Positions 10,815 through 20,032 of a DNA stretch of 64,000 nt are shown here, in pieces. The notes beneath the pieces were generated by a model, which saw nothing but the letters and a program-made list of their open reading frames with translations, ran no database searches and was not told where the DNA came from. The position numbers were made by a program, and so were the translations under genes. This DNA is from Bacillota bacterium. Lineage in GTDB: Bacteria > Bacillota > Sulfobacillia > DUMF01. How positions within the stretch are numbered: position 1 is the stretch's first letter; each line of letters begins with the position of its first letter. Location of the stretch: the NCBI GenBank assembly GCA_049718765.1, contig JBNARI010000002.1, forward strand, positions 10,052-74,051, read 5' to 3'.

Positions 10815-11075
10815 GGACGTACCCAGAGAGCCGGGGGCAGGTGAAAGCCCGGTTGCGTTTCACCAGTGAAACCCGCCCGCGAGCTGCAGGCGATGAGCCG
10901 TGCCGGGTGCTCCCGTTACAGGGCTAGGCATAGCTCCTTCAGCAGTTTGTTTGCTGCGGGAGAGTGCCGAACCAACGAGATGGACCTTAGAAGTCCAACC
11001 AAGGTGGTACCGCGGAGGTTAGCCCCTTCGCCCTTGCCTGACGCAGGGCGGAGGGGCTTCGAACTTTTTAGGGGG
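10815..11075 (+). promoter_or_regulatory. T-box riboswitch leader (probably proline-specific) with intrinsic terminator
   Basis: AG-box 'AGAGAG' (10825-10830). Conserved T-box sequence 'AACCAAGGTGGTACCGCGG' (10998-11016). Terminator hairpin GCCCCTTCGCCC/GGGCGGAGGGGC followed by 'ACTTTTTA' (11020-11070). Lies immediately 5' of proC. Confidence 0.7.
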
Positions 11076-11082
11076 GTCTAGC

Positions 11083-11910
11083 ATGTACACAGTTGGGTTT
11101 GTTGGAGCAGGCGCCATGGCCCAATCGTTGATTTCCGGTGTCATAAGTGCCGGTTTTTGCAAGCCGGAGCAAATATGGGTTACGAACCGCAGCAATGCAG
11201 AACGCCTCAGGCAGCTGAAGGAGAAATGGGGAGTAAACACGGTGTTCGGCAAGGCAGAACTCATGGCCAATTCGGACATCGTGGTAGTGGCAGTCAAGCC
11301 CAAGGATATGGCCGTTGCCTTACAGGAAATGCGCCCGCACGTCCGCAGCAATGGAAGTGCTGACCAGCTGGTGATATCGGTTGCTGCGGGCATACCCATT
11401 TCTTCCGTTGAACGCGCTTTGCCCGGCGGCATTCCTGTGGTGCGAGCCATGCCCAATACCTCTTGCAAGGTGCTCGAGTCAGCCACTGCAATCGCCAGGG
11501 GCACTTACACGCAGGACCGCCACGCCGAGCAAGCGCGGCAGCTTTTTGCTTGCGTGGGCAAAGTGGTGGAAGTGGACGAAACCCTCATTGACGCGGTAAC
11601 CGGCCTGAGCGGAAGTGGCCCTGCCTACGTCTACCTCCTGGCAGAAGCACTGATCGAAGCCGGCCTCAAGCTCGGCCTGCCACAAGACGTTACGCTTACG
11701 CTGGCTTCCCAGACCCTTTACGGCGCTGCAAAGATGCTCAGGGAAACGGGTGAAAACCCATCGGTGCTGCGGAGGCAGGTTACATCGCCCAACGGCACCA
11801 CCATGGCAGCCCTCAAGGCACTGGAGGAGGCAGGCTTCACTTCAGCGCTGGTGAACGCCGTGCAGAAGGCCAGCGCCAGGGCCCGGGAGCTGGCACAGCA
11901 ATTCGCGTGA
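11083..11910 (+). CDS. proC: Pyrroline-5-carboxylate reductase
   Basis: N-terminal NADP Rossmann 'VGFVGAGAMAQSLISGV' and C-terminal ProC dimerisation domain ('LSGSGPAYVYLLAEALIEAGLKLGL'). 275 aa. Confidence 0.9.
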   Translation: MYTVGFVGAGAMAQSLISGVISAGFCKPEQIWVTNRSNAERLRQLKEKWGVNTVFGKAELMANSDIVVVAVKPKDMAVALQEMRPHVRSNGSADQLVISVAAGIPISSVERALPGGIPVVRAMPNTSCKVLESATAIARGTYTQDRHAEQARQLFACVGKVVEVDETLIDAVTGLSGSGPAYVYLLAEALIEAGLKLGLPQDVTLTLASQTLYGAAKMLRETGENPSVLRRQVTSPNGTTMAALKALEEAGFTSALVNAVQKASARARELAQQFA

Positions 11911-11919
11911 GGAATGGGG

Positions 11920-13104
11920 TCACGCCCGGCACTTGGCCTGCCGCGCTTCTGGCAAGAGCAAAGCGAACGCCCAGGCGAGCACCTGCAGCGACAGTGCCAG
12001 GTAGAAAGCCGCCGTGAAATTGCCGAACAGGTCTGCCATGCGACCGGTTATGGCAGGGGAGGCCACGGTACCCAGCGCGCTGGCGAAGTTCAGCATTCCG
12101 AAAGCAGTGGCGTACCGGGACTTGGGCACAGCGTCGGCCATGTAGGCCACAATCAGCGGGTCCACCACCAGTTTTCCGGTTATTCCGTAGAGCACCAAAC
12201 CCGCGATCAACAAGGCGTTTTGAGGCAGGGATATGAGCAGGAAGCAAAGGGCAGAAACGGGCAGCAGCACGATCAGTATCCTCCGCCTGCTCCCAATCCT
12301 GTCGGAAAGCAAGCCCCCGTAAACAGAAAAGGGGATCGAAAGCAGCGGGGCAATCGAACAAATCAGGGACCCGTAAGTAGGGCTAAAGCCCCTCGCCTCT
12401 TGAAGGTAAAACGGCAACCAGGTGAGCAACAGGTAGAAGCCGTACATCGAAATGAATGCCAGGCCGTAGCAGGCAATACTGCCGCGCAGGTCCAACCCAC
12501 TCTCGCCGTGACCGCCCGCACCTCCCTCTTCCAGCTGCCCAGCCGGTTTGGGTGAGTGCTGCGCCGCGTCCCCCTGGATGACCATCAGCATCAAGACGGC
12601 AAGCCCCAGGGTGGCCACGCCAAGCACCACGAAAGGAACCCGCCACGACATCCCGTCGCGCGTGCTCCCGAAGCCGCCCGCAAGCAATCCGAGGATTATG
12701 CCCGCGGACATTCCCGAGTTGATCACAGCCATTCCAGCGGCTCTGTACTCATCGGGTATTTCTGCCCCAGCAATGGCGTACTCGTTCGAGTAATAAGTCC
12801 CCTGCCCAAGGCCCGTGAGCGCACGCACCGCCACGAATAGCTGCGGGTTGGTTACGCAGCCGCTCAGGATAGCACCGATTGCGTGCACGAAGTAGCCTGC
12901 AGCAAGCACCAGCTTCCGCGAGAAGCGGTCTCCGAGGAAACCAGCTGGCACCTGCATGGCGCCGTAGGTCACGAAGAACGCCGAAGTTATCAGGCCGAGG
13001 GCCGTCCTGGAAAGGTGCCATTCTTCCTGAATGGCTTTCATCGACGCAGACAACACGAGCCGGTTGGCGTAAATCAGCAACCAGCCTGTGAAGAACAATC
13101 CCAC
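11920..13104 (-). CDS. MFS transporter
   Basis: 394 aa, 12 TM helices, MFS signature 'GFLGDRFSRKLVL' between TM2 and TM3. Confidence 0.8.
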   Translation of the reverse strand: MGLFFTGWLLIYANRLVLSASMKAIQEEWHLSRTALGLITSAFFVTYGAMQVPAGFLGDRFSRKLVLAAGYFVHAIGAILSGCVTNPQLFVAVRALTGLGQGTYYSNEYAIAGAEIPDEYRAAGMAVINSGMSAGIILGLLAGGFGSTRDGMSWRVPFVVLGVATLGLAVLMLMVIQGDAAQHSPKPAGQLEEGGAGGHGESGLDLRGSIACYGLAFISMYGFYLLLTWLPFYLQEARGFSPTYGSLICSIAPLLSIPFSVYGGLLSDRIGSRRRILIVLLPVSALCFLLISLPQNALLIAGLVLYGITGKLVVDPLIVAYMADAVPKSRYATAFGMLNFASALGTVASPAITGRMADLFGNFTAAFYLALSLQVLAWAFALLLPEARQAKCRA

Positions 13105-13158
13105 CAGTCGCTGCCAGTATGACCTAGGTTGCAGTTGGCTCCCACTCCCTTCACGTGC

Positions 13159-14169
13159 TCAGGCTCCCGCGCGGCAAAGCGTGCCGCCGTAGCTTCGTAG
13201 CAGCTCCTCTGCAGCAGCGTATGTGTCCATCTCCCTGCCAAGGACCTTTTCCGCAAGCTCCTTGAGGAACCCCGACCTGCGTGCCGGATCAATCACCATG
13301 GAATCCAGCATGTGCTCCAACACCGCCTCTATTTCTGCCGCGCTCGCCTCGAGCCTGCGCCTTTTGTACTCACCCGTCCTGTGCAAATATTCCCCGTGCT
13401 CTTCCACCGCCTTCCACAGTTCTCCGACGCCCTTGCCCTCCGTGGCAACGGTGCGAACGACTGGAGGCCGCCATCCACCGTTCTGTTTCATGTCAAGCAC
13501 CATTTCTATCTCCGCCACCGTCCGGTCGGCACCCTCGCGGTCCGCCTTGTTCACGGCAAACACGTCCCCTATTTCCAGAATCCCCGCCTTTATGGCCTGC
13601 ACGTCATCCCCAAGACCGGGAACCACCACCACAACCACAGTGTGTGCGAAACGCATTATGTCTACCTCAGACTGCCCGGCACCAACTGTTTCCACAATGA
13701 TCACGTCGTACCCGGCAGCATCGAGGAGGGCAATCACGTCCCCTGTGGCTGCAGACAGTCCCCCGAGGCTGCCCCTCGTTGCCAGGCTGCGGATGAATAC
13801 CCCTTCGTCCAGGAAATGCGACTCCATCCTGATCCTATCCCCCAGGATTGCCCCGCCGCTGAACGGGCTGCTGGGGTCGACCGCCACCACGCCCACGGTG
13901 TTTCCCCTCTTCCTGTACTCACCGATGAGCCCGTCGACCAACGTGCTCTTGCCCGCGCCTGCTGGCCCGGTTACACCAACTACCCTTGCTCTCCCAGCAA
14001 GGGGATGGGCTGCCCTCAGGAGCTCGCAGTAGCCTTCTTCCCTGTCCTCAACCAAGCTAAGCGCTCTTGCAAGTGCTCTCCTGTTCCCACCGCGGATTTC
14101 CTCCAGAACCTTCTGGCTGTGATTTGCTGGCGTCCTGCCCACTTTGATCAACTCCCCCATAAGTTCCTC
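13159..14169 (-). CDS. meaB: Methylmalonyl-CoA mutase-associated GTPase MeaB/ArgK
   Basis: P-loop 'VGVTGPAGAGKSTLVD', 'DPSSPFSGGAILGDRIRM', and a G4 motif 'NKAD' ('FAVNKADREGADRT'), all typical of MeaB. The annotated start is trimmed to an internal Met to avoid overlap with the upstream gene. Confidence 0.8.
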   Translation of the reverse strand, partial: EELMGELIKVGRTPANHSQKVLEEIRGGNRRALARALSLVEDREEGYCELLRAAHPLAGRARVVGVTGPAGAGKSTLVDGLIGEYRKRGNTVGVVAVDPSSPFSGGAILGDRIRMESHFLDEGVFIRSLATRGSLGGLSAATGDVIALLDAAGYDVIIVETVGAGQSEVDIMRFAHTVVVVVVPGLGDDVQAIKAGILEIGDVFAVNKADREGADRTVAEIEMVLDMKQNGGWRPPVVRTVATEGKGVGELWKAVEEHGEYLHRTGEYKRRRLEASAAEIEAVLEHMLDSMVIDPARRSGFLKELAEKVLGREMDTYAAAEELLRSYGGTLCRAGA

Positions 14170-14945
14170 CATCTGTTCTTGCCTACAGTCCATCTCCGGA
14201 TCTGGATTGCTTCCTTGGGGCAAACGTTCACACACCTCAAGCATGTCTCGCAACCTGTCTCAAACCGCACGGTTCCACCTGTTAGGGTTATGTTCCCATT
14301 GGGACAGCGCTGCGCGCAAATCCCACACAAGTCGCAGCTGGAGTCCACCCAGAACCCCCGCCTCAACACGAGTTCAAGCACAAGCCGCCCAACTGCGTTC
14401 AAGGCACCTGTCAAGAGCTCCTCGGCTGCGGATGCAAGCTTGACTTCGGGTCCCGGCCGTTCCCGACCAATCAGCTCTTCCACCACCTGGGCCGCGAGCA
14501 TTTCAACCTGCTGCTCCGGGTTACGCTGCGCCAGCGCGGAGCCCTTCCTTGCCATCACAACTGCTATTGTATCAGGCATGCGGATCGAGTTCGTTCCTCG
14601 GACATTGTAGCCCCGCCTGGCAAACCGCCTGGCCATCACCGCAACTGCCGCGAATGGCGCGCCCCCGTGGGTGCAAAACAGGAATGCGGGTTTGCCCCGG
14701 CCGTCAGGCAGTTTCTCCACAAACTGCCTGAATACCAGCGGCGCGTGGAAGGCGTAAACCGGGAAGCCCGCGACTATTGCATCGACCAACCCCAGCACCC
14801 TGGGGTCAAGTTCCTCGATGCTCATGCAAGTTGTGGCGGCTACCTGCTCCCGCTGTGCCGCCTGCCTTCGGATGGCCCTCGCTAGCTCCTCGGCCACCAG
14901 CCTCGTGTTACCTGATCCGCTGAAATATGCCACTGCAACTTCCAT
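14148..14945 (-). CDS. Flavodoxin-like domain protein fused to 2x[4Fe-4S] ferredoxin domain
   Basis: Flavodoxin motif 'VAVAYFSGSGNTRLVAEEL' at the chosen start. C-terminal 'CDLCGICAQRCP' and 'CETCLRCVNVCP' ferredoxin motifs. Confidence 0.6.
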   Translation of the reverse strand: MEVAVAYFSGSGNTRLVAEELARAIRRQAAQREQVAATTCMSIEELDPRVLGLVDAIVAGFPVYAFHAPLVFRQFVEKLPDGRGKPAFLFCTHGGAPFAAVAVMARRFARRGYNVRGTNSIRMPDTIAVVMARKGSALAQRNPEQQVEMLAAQVVEELIGRERPGPEVKLASAAEELLTGALNAVGRLVLELVLRRGFWVDSSCDLCGICAQRCPNGNITLTGGTVRFETGCETCLRCVNVCPKEAIQIRRWTVGKNRWRNLWGS

Positions 14946-14950
14946 TGCTT

Positions 14951-15682
14951 TCACTCCAAAACCACCCACCTGATGAACCTTGCCGCCTCTTCGAAACGGC
15001 GCACCCTGTGCAGTCTGGGGCTGCACAGCCTCCTTTCGAGCTGCACGTCTCCCCTGAGCGGCGGCCGCTGCAATGAAGCGCTGCCCGGGTTTTCAGGTTC
15101 CACCAGCACTGTAATCATGCCCGCATCCACTGCACCGGAGTCTGTGTAGGGGTTGTCTCCCACGAACACGCTCTTTCGAGGATCCAGTCCCAGTTTATCA
15201 CAGGCGTGCGTGAAAATGCCCGGCCAAGGCTTGGGTTGCAGCCGGTCGCCAGGAGTGAATACGTTTCCCCTGGTGAACCACGCGCCAAGGCCCAGCCGCT
15301 CGATCTTGGCCATTTGAAACACCAACGGACCGTTGGTCACGATACCCACCGGGACACATCGGGAGGCCAGCTCACGGAGGAATTCCAGCACCCCCTGGTG
15401 AGGCGCTACCCTGGAAAGGAAGAGCTCCATTAGCTGCGCACCCTTTTCTCTCCACCCCGGAATCCCCACTGCCGCTTCCAGGAGCACCCCCACGAATTGG
15501 TCCACGTCTTCCGGTTGGGAGTTCTCCCGGGAAAAGTAGCAGCTCCAGAACTTGCCTTCGATCACATCGCACATGCCCGGGGGAGCAATTTGCTGCAGCG
15601 CCAGCCGCATCGGCTGCGCCAGGTCGTACAAAGTGCCGTCCAAGTCAAACAGGGCTCCCGTCCTCCGCTCGACCACGCCCAT
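14951..15682 (-). CDS. HAD-superfamily hydrolase (possible CobC-type phosphatase, by context)
   Basis: HAD motif I 'LFDLDGTLYD', motif III region 'VGIVTNGP', motif IV 'VFVGDNPYTDSGAVDAGM'. The ATG overlaps the stop of the cobS remnant in a TGATG arrangement. This is the C-terminal part of the 641-aa ORF in the track. Confidence 0.7.
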   Translation of the reverse strand: MGVVERRTGALFDLDGTLYDLAQPMRLALQQIAPPGMCDVIEGKFWSCYFSRENSQPEDVDQFVGVLLEAAVGIPGWREKGAQLMELFLSRVAPHQGVLEFLRELASRCVPVGIVTNGPLVFQMAKIERLGLGAWFTRGNVFTPGDRLQPKPWPGIFTHACDKLGLDPRKSVFVGDNPYTDSGAVDAGMITVLVEPENPGSASLQRPPLRGDVQLERRLCSPRLHRVRRFEEAARFIRWVVLE

Positions 15683-15960
15683 CAGGCCCTTCCCAGCAGC
15701 CAGGCAACCGCAATGCCGGCCACCAAAGCTCCGCCCGACCCTATCTCGATCAGCGCCCCGTATACGTCTCCCGTCATGCCTCCAAGCCTGCGGGCTACCA
15801 GACTCGCGAACCACAACCCACACCCCGCGCCCGCGGCAACCCCGCCGAGGCACGATGCCCACAGGCTCCAGGCCGCCGCGTGCAGGTGTGGCGGCATCAG
15901 CAGCGCGCTTGCCAGGCCCCAGGTACCCACGTACGCTGCCCCCAGCAGCGCACACCACGC
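15682..15960 (-). pseudogene. cobS: 5'-truncated remnant of cobS (adenosylcobinamide-GDP ribazoletransferase), C-terminal about 95 aa only
   Basis: The frame contains the CobS C-terminal signature 'GGMTGDVYGALIEIGSGGALVAGIAVAWLLG'. The upstream 19 codons are nonsense, and the expected roughly 155-aa N-terminal part is absent because the SLH gene occupies that DNA. Confidence 0.5.
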
Positions 15961-16876
15961 CCTTCTTCTCGGGCTCCGCCGAGCGCGCAGACACCACCAC
16001 CGCAGTGCCTTCCGCATTCAGCACCAGGCAGGCCCTGAAGCCGGGCTTCACGTCCGCCAGGAAAGCTTCCCTTGCCTCAACCAGCACTAGGGCGTCAGGG
16101 GACACCGGGTAGCGCCGCAGGTCTTTGCGAAGCTCGTCCACGTGCAGCGCTATTTCCCGCTTTTCCCCGTTCACCACCTCTGCCACCGTGCCCCGGACCT
16201 CGTACTTCCCGAGCTGCTTCCTGTGCAGGGCCGACCGCTCGAGCAGCGCTGCGAGCTGGGCGCGCGTCAGCTTCTCCTTCGGCCGGAACGTCCCGTCCGG
16301 AAAGCCCTGCAACAGGCCGCGCTCAACGGCAACCGCCAGGTACCCCAGCTTCTCGGGAGGGACGTCGTCCACGTCGCTGAAGCCAACACCCTCGCCGGCG
16401 CGCAGTTCCGCCTCATTCTGCAGCCCCAGGGCCCTCACCAGGAGCTCCGCAGCCCACAGCCGGTCCGCGGCTTCGCCGGGCAGGAACTGATCCCCTTCTT
16501 CCGGCAGCATGCCGGCATCATGAGCAGCGGCAAAGTACCCGCGCGCCCAGGCAGCCTTCCCCAGCACCTGCACTGAGTCGCGGAACGGCAGGGCCGCCTG
16601 CGTCACCGACCCGGCGGCTTCTTCCAAGCTCACAAACCTCACCAGCGCCGCGACAAGTTCCTCGCGCTTGAGCGGGTCGTTGGGCCGGAACCGCCCGTCG
16701 GGATCACCTTTCAGCAGGCCTCTCAGACTCGCCGCAGCAAGGTACGCCTTCGCCCAGGAGGCCTGGTCCTCGTCGCGGAAGAACTTCTTCCCGCCGGCCA
16801 GAGCAGAGCCCGATGCCCCAACCAGGAACACCAGCACCAAGGCCAACACCGCGACTGTTTTCAGCAGCCTTTTCAT
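15961..16876 (-). CDS. SLH-domain surface protein, 3'-truncated and read through into the cobS remnant
   Basis: Signal peptide 'MKRLLKTVAVLALVLVFLVGASGSALA'. Two SLH motifs ('FRPNDPLKREELVAALVRF', 'FPDGTFRPKEKLTRAQLAALLERS'). Protein-like sequence ends near residue 305, after which the frame decays into an Arg/Gly-rich read-through. Confidence 0.55.
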
Positions 16877-17032
16877 CGGTCAACCCCTCCTTTACGGCTT
16901 GCAAGCTCTCATCAGAGTTATTCGCAGGAAATGCCGCACTTTTGCGCCCGGGGAAACTCGGGGCCGAAACAACAGCAGCTTGACAGCTTTCAGGCTCGGT
17001 GATACATTGTGCGTACAAAGGAGGGACGAACA

Positions 17033-17260
17033 ATGATAAAGCACCTGACCCCGCACGGAAACAGCGCGGCTCTCATAATCGATAAGCCCGTCATGGAACT
17101 CCTTGGGATCACGATGGACACGCCGCTCAAGATAACCACCGATGGCAGGAACCTCATCATCTCGCCCATGACCGACCCCGAACGGGAAGCGCGGTTCAGG
17201 CAGGCCCTGAAGCGGGTGAACGAAAAGCACGGCGAGACCTTGAGGCGCCTTGCCGAGTGA
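17033..17260 (+). CDS. Phd/AbrB-type antitoxin
   Basis: 75-aa protein ('MIKHLTPHGNSAALIIDKPVMELLGI') with a SpoVT/AbrB-like swapped-hairpin fold, immediately upstream of and overlapping the doc gene. Confidence 0.55.
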   Translation: MIKHLTPHGNSAALIIDKPVMELLGITMDTPLKITTDGRNLIISPMTDPEREARFRQALKRVNEKHGETLRRLAE

Positions 17261-17690
17261 CCCGGGGGATGGCACAACGGTGGAAGAACTGCAGTTCCTT
17301 ACTCTCGCGGACGTCGTGGAGATTCACCGGGACCAGATCGCACGCTACGGGGGCAGGAGCGGCATTCGCGACCTGCAAACGTTGCTTTCGGCCCTGGCTG
17401 TCCCGCAGGCGACCTTCGACGGAAACTACCTGCACGCTGACCTGTTCGAGATGGCAGCCGCCTACGGATTTCACCTATGCCAGAACCACCCCTTCGTCGA
17501 CGGGAACAAACGCACGGCACTTGCCTGTGCCCTTGTGTTTCTGGAAATGAACGGCATATCCGTGGACGACCCCCGTGCTGCACTCTACGGCGCCATGCTC
17601 AGCATCGCAACCGGCACGCTCGGAAAAGGGGAGCTCGCCCGGCTTCTCCGTCAGTTGAGCCAGCAGAACCCTCGCGAAGGGCGACCCTGA
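17250..17690 (+). CDS. doc: Doc toxin (Fic family)
   Basis: Fic/Doc active-site motif 'HPFVDGNKRTA'. 146 aa. Overlaps the antitoxin stop. Confidence 0.8.
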   Translation: MPSDPGDGTTVEELQFLTLADVVEIHRDQIARYGGRSGIRDLQTLLSALAVPQATFDGNYLHADLFEMAAAYGFHLCQNHPFVDGNKRTALACALVFLEMNGISVDDPRAALYGAMLSIATGTLGKGELARLLRQLSQQNPREGRP

Positions 17691-17855
17691 TGGCACGCAT
17701 CTTGAACCCACGCAGCCTGTGTGCTGCCCGCGGGCGTCACCAAGGTCTGCCACGCGCCGACAGGTTTCTGGAAGACAAGAAGCCCGGATATGGCAATGGC
17801 AGCCGGCGGAAAGCAGTGACTTCCTTATCCCTGAAGGGCTAGGGGGGGACTCACA

Positions 17856-18539
17856 CTACATACAGGCTTGATCACGCGTACCTTCTCTCTCCCCAGGCAG
17901 CTGCTGCACCTTCTGCAGCTCCGGAAAGAGCTCGCCAACGCGCCTGCACGCCTCCAGGTAGTCGCCAAACCGGATACCCTGCTTCTGCCCTCGGCCCCAC
18001 GCCTTCCTGTAGCTCAGGACAAAGTAGCTGCTCCGCCACTTCACGTCTCCCGTGTTGCACTCGCACGGGTAGGTCCGAATGCTAACTCCTACGTTGGGAA
18101 GGCACCTCTTTTCCAGCAATGGCCGGTAGGAAAGATAAAATACTCTGACCATTCCGCGAGCTCCGCTCACAGGAACCGCATCGGGCTCCGCAAACGGCCA
18201 CGGCCAATCCCACGGTTCCACCCCGCAAAGCGCAGGCAGCAAAAGCGATGCCGAGTTGCCGCCACACGTCGGACACCCCCACCTGACCTTATATGCCATC
18301 AGCCCAACCACGGCAAGCTTCGGCTCGAAATCTATTACCTGCCCAATCGGCCTGCTCGCTCCAGGCCACGCCTTTCCGGGTGCCAGATTTGCCGCAGCTT
18401 TCAGCGCCGCTGGGTAAATGCGGCTTTTCAGAACGTAAAATGCTGGCGAAAAGGAATCGACCATTATTTCGCCCGGCCCGGACCAGGCACCCACCTCCTT
18501 CTCTTTTTTCATAAACAGAACTGGCAGCCAAATCCCCAA
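17856..18539 (-). CDS. Hypothetical Cys-rich protein (possible zinc ribbon)
   Basis: 227 aa, with 'CPTCGG' and 'CECNTGD' Cys pairs. No family recognised. Confidence 0.35.
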   Translation of the reverse strand: MGIWLPVLFMKKEKEVGAWSGPGEIMVDSFSPAFYVLKSRIYPAALKAAANLAPGKAWPGASRPIGQVIDFEPKLAVVGLMAYKVRWGCPTCGGNSASLLLPALCGVEPWDWPWPFAEPDAVPVSGARGMVRVFYLSYRPLLEKRCLPNVGVSIRTYPCECNTGDVKWRSSYFVLSYRKAWGRGQKQGIRFGDYLEACRRVGELFPELQKVQQLPGEREGTRDQACM

Positions 18540-19429
18540 GGCCTCATGCAGTCTTCTTCGCCTCGCTTCGCTCCGCTACAGCCCACACACGCCCCGGCGC
18601 CCCAACGAACAGCCAGAGCAACGGCTGTTTGCCTCCGATCGTCCACGTACCCCCGCGCGTCACCTCCACCATGACCCGCAGCCCGGTCCCCTTCGCCCGC
18701 CTCGCCACAACGGGATCATCCGTTACAAGCGCCGCCTTGCTACCAAAGGGCTTAACGTCAACCATCCATGCTCCCCTCCTTTACTTGTTTGCCGCGCTAC
18801 ACGCAGATACCAGCCGCAGAGCCTCCTCTTCTACTTCTGCCATTTAGCATTTTGTTCATGAAGTAATCAGTACCTCAACGCAAGACTCCATCCCTCTCGC
18901 CTAGAGACCGCGTTTGTCCAGCGGGGTTTTGCGGATTTCGAACGAGAAGAGCAGGGAACCAGCAGCCACGGTGCCGGCGACGACAAAAAGTTCCGCTCCA
19001 CGCCTACATGGATCGGAAACGGGAAGCAGGGAAGGCACCACACAAAGAAGAACCGATCCAACAAGGAGCGCGAAGAACCCCAGCGGAGTGCAATTGCTGC
19101 CTTGTTCGCTGGCAACGGTCTGAAGAAAAGGACGAACGTACGTCCGACAAAAACACACGTGCACGAACGGGTATCCGGCAAGGATACACTTTGAATTCCT
19201 GCTTTTTGCCAAAAGCGGGGCCGGGGACAAACTCCCGCGCCCCGCACCCATCCCTGCCGCCAGCGCAAGGTAGTGCGCATTGCCCAGTACCCAGTACGCA
19301 CGTGCGCATTGCCCAGTGCACCTTGACGGAAGTAGGGCTTCTGCCAAACGCTACTGGATACTAGATCCCCCGAGAACAAGGCCCCCGGGAGAAGGCCGCG
19401 CCCTCAGCAGCAGGGAACCGGGTTCACAA

Positions 19430-19900
19430 CTACAGCTCCGCCTCCCAGTTCGCAGCCTGGATCTCGGCGTCGAGCTCCCGGCAGGCCTTCGCCACCTCGT
19501 CGGCACGCTTCCTTAACGCCGCGACATCCACCGTCGGCACGTACTTGATCTCTTGACGGCCCAGCCCGAACCGGTCCCGGGAGGGAACGGCGGCCTCCGC
19601 CACCGCCGCCAGGAGCTCGTGCCACAACCTGAGCACGTCCCTCTCGGCTATGGCCTCCGTCAGCGTGCGGCCATCAGGCAGGCACGCCCGGGAATTGGCC
19701 CGGTTGATGGCCACCACCATGCCCTTCAGGCGCTGGCACAAACCCTCGGCCTCGGAAAGGAGCTCCTCTGGGTCCCCGGCAGGCTGGTCGCCTTCCTGAA
19801 CCTTGGCGTCGGCCACCAGGCGCTCCCGCAAAACTTCCAACCGTTTCAAGAGGTCCTTGCGCTCGAGAAGAGCTTCAGCCAGCTTCATCCCCACACCCAT
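19430..19900 (-). CDS. DIP1984-family-like helical protein
   Basis: 156 aa. N-terminal 'KLAEALLERKDLLKRLEVLRERL' and internal 'INRANSRACLPDGRTLTEAI' resemble the DIP1984 (septicolysin-like) family. Tentative. Confidence 0.4.
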   Translation of the reverse strand: MGVGMKLAEALLERKDLLKRLEVLRERLVADAKVQEGDQPAGDPEELLSEAEGLCQRLKGMVVAINRANSRACLPDGRTLTEAIAERDVLRLWHELLAAVAEAAVPSRDRFGLGRQEIKYVPTVDVAALRKRADEVAKACRELDAEIQAANWEAEL

Positions 19901-20032
19901 AAACCTCCAGTGCTTCTATCTTAGACGACGCGGCAAAACCCGGCGCACCAAGCAGAATCCTCAAGCGCTCCTCAACCGCAGGCGGTTCGCCAGCAGGCGC
20001 GGGCACCGTCACCATCCCGTTTACAAGTTCCT

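Noticed and set aside
14951-16876. The 641-aa minus-strand ORF read as a single protein
   Set aside because: It is a chimera of three parts: an SLH protein, an Arg/Gly-rich read-through with an out-of-frame cobS fragment, and a HAD hydrolase. The HAD hydrolase has its own ATG at 15682, coupled to the cobS stop. High GC suppresses stop codons and inflates ORF length.
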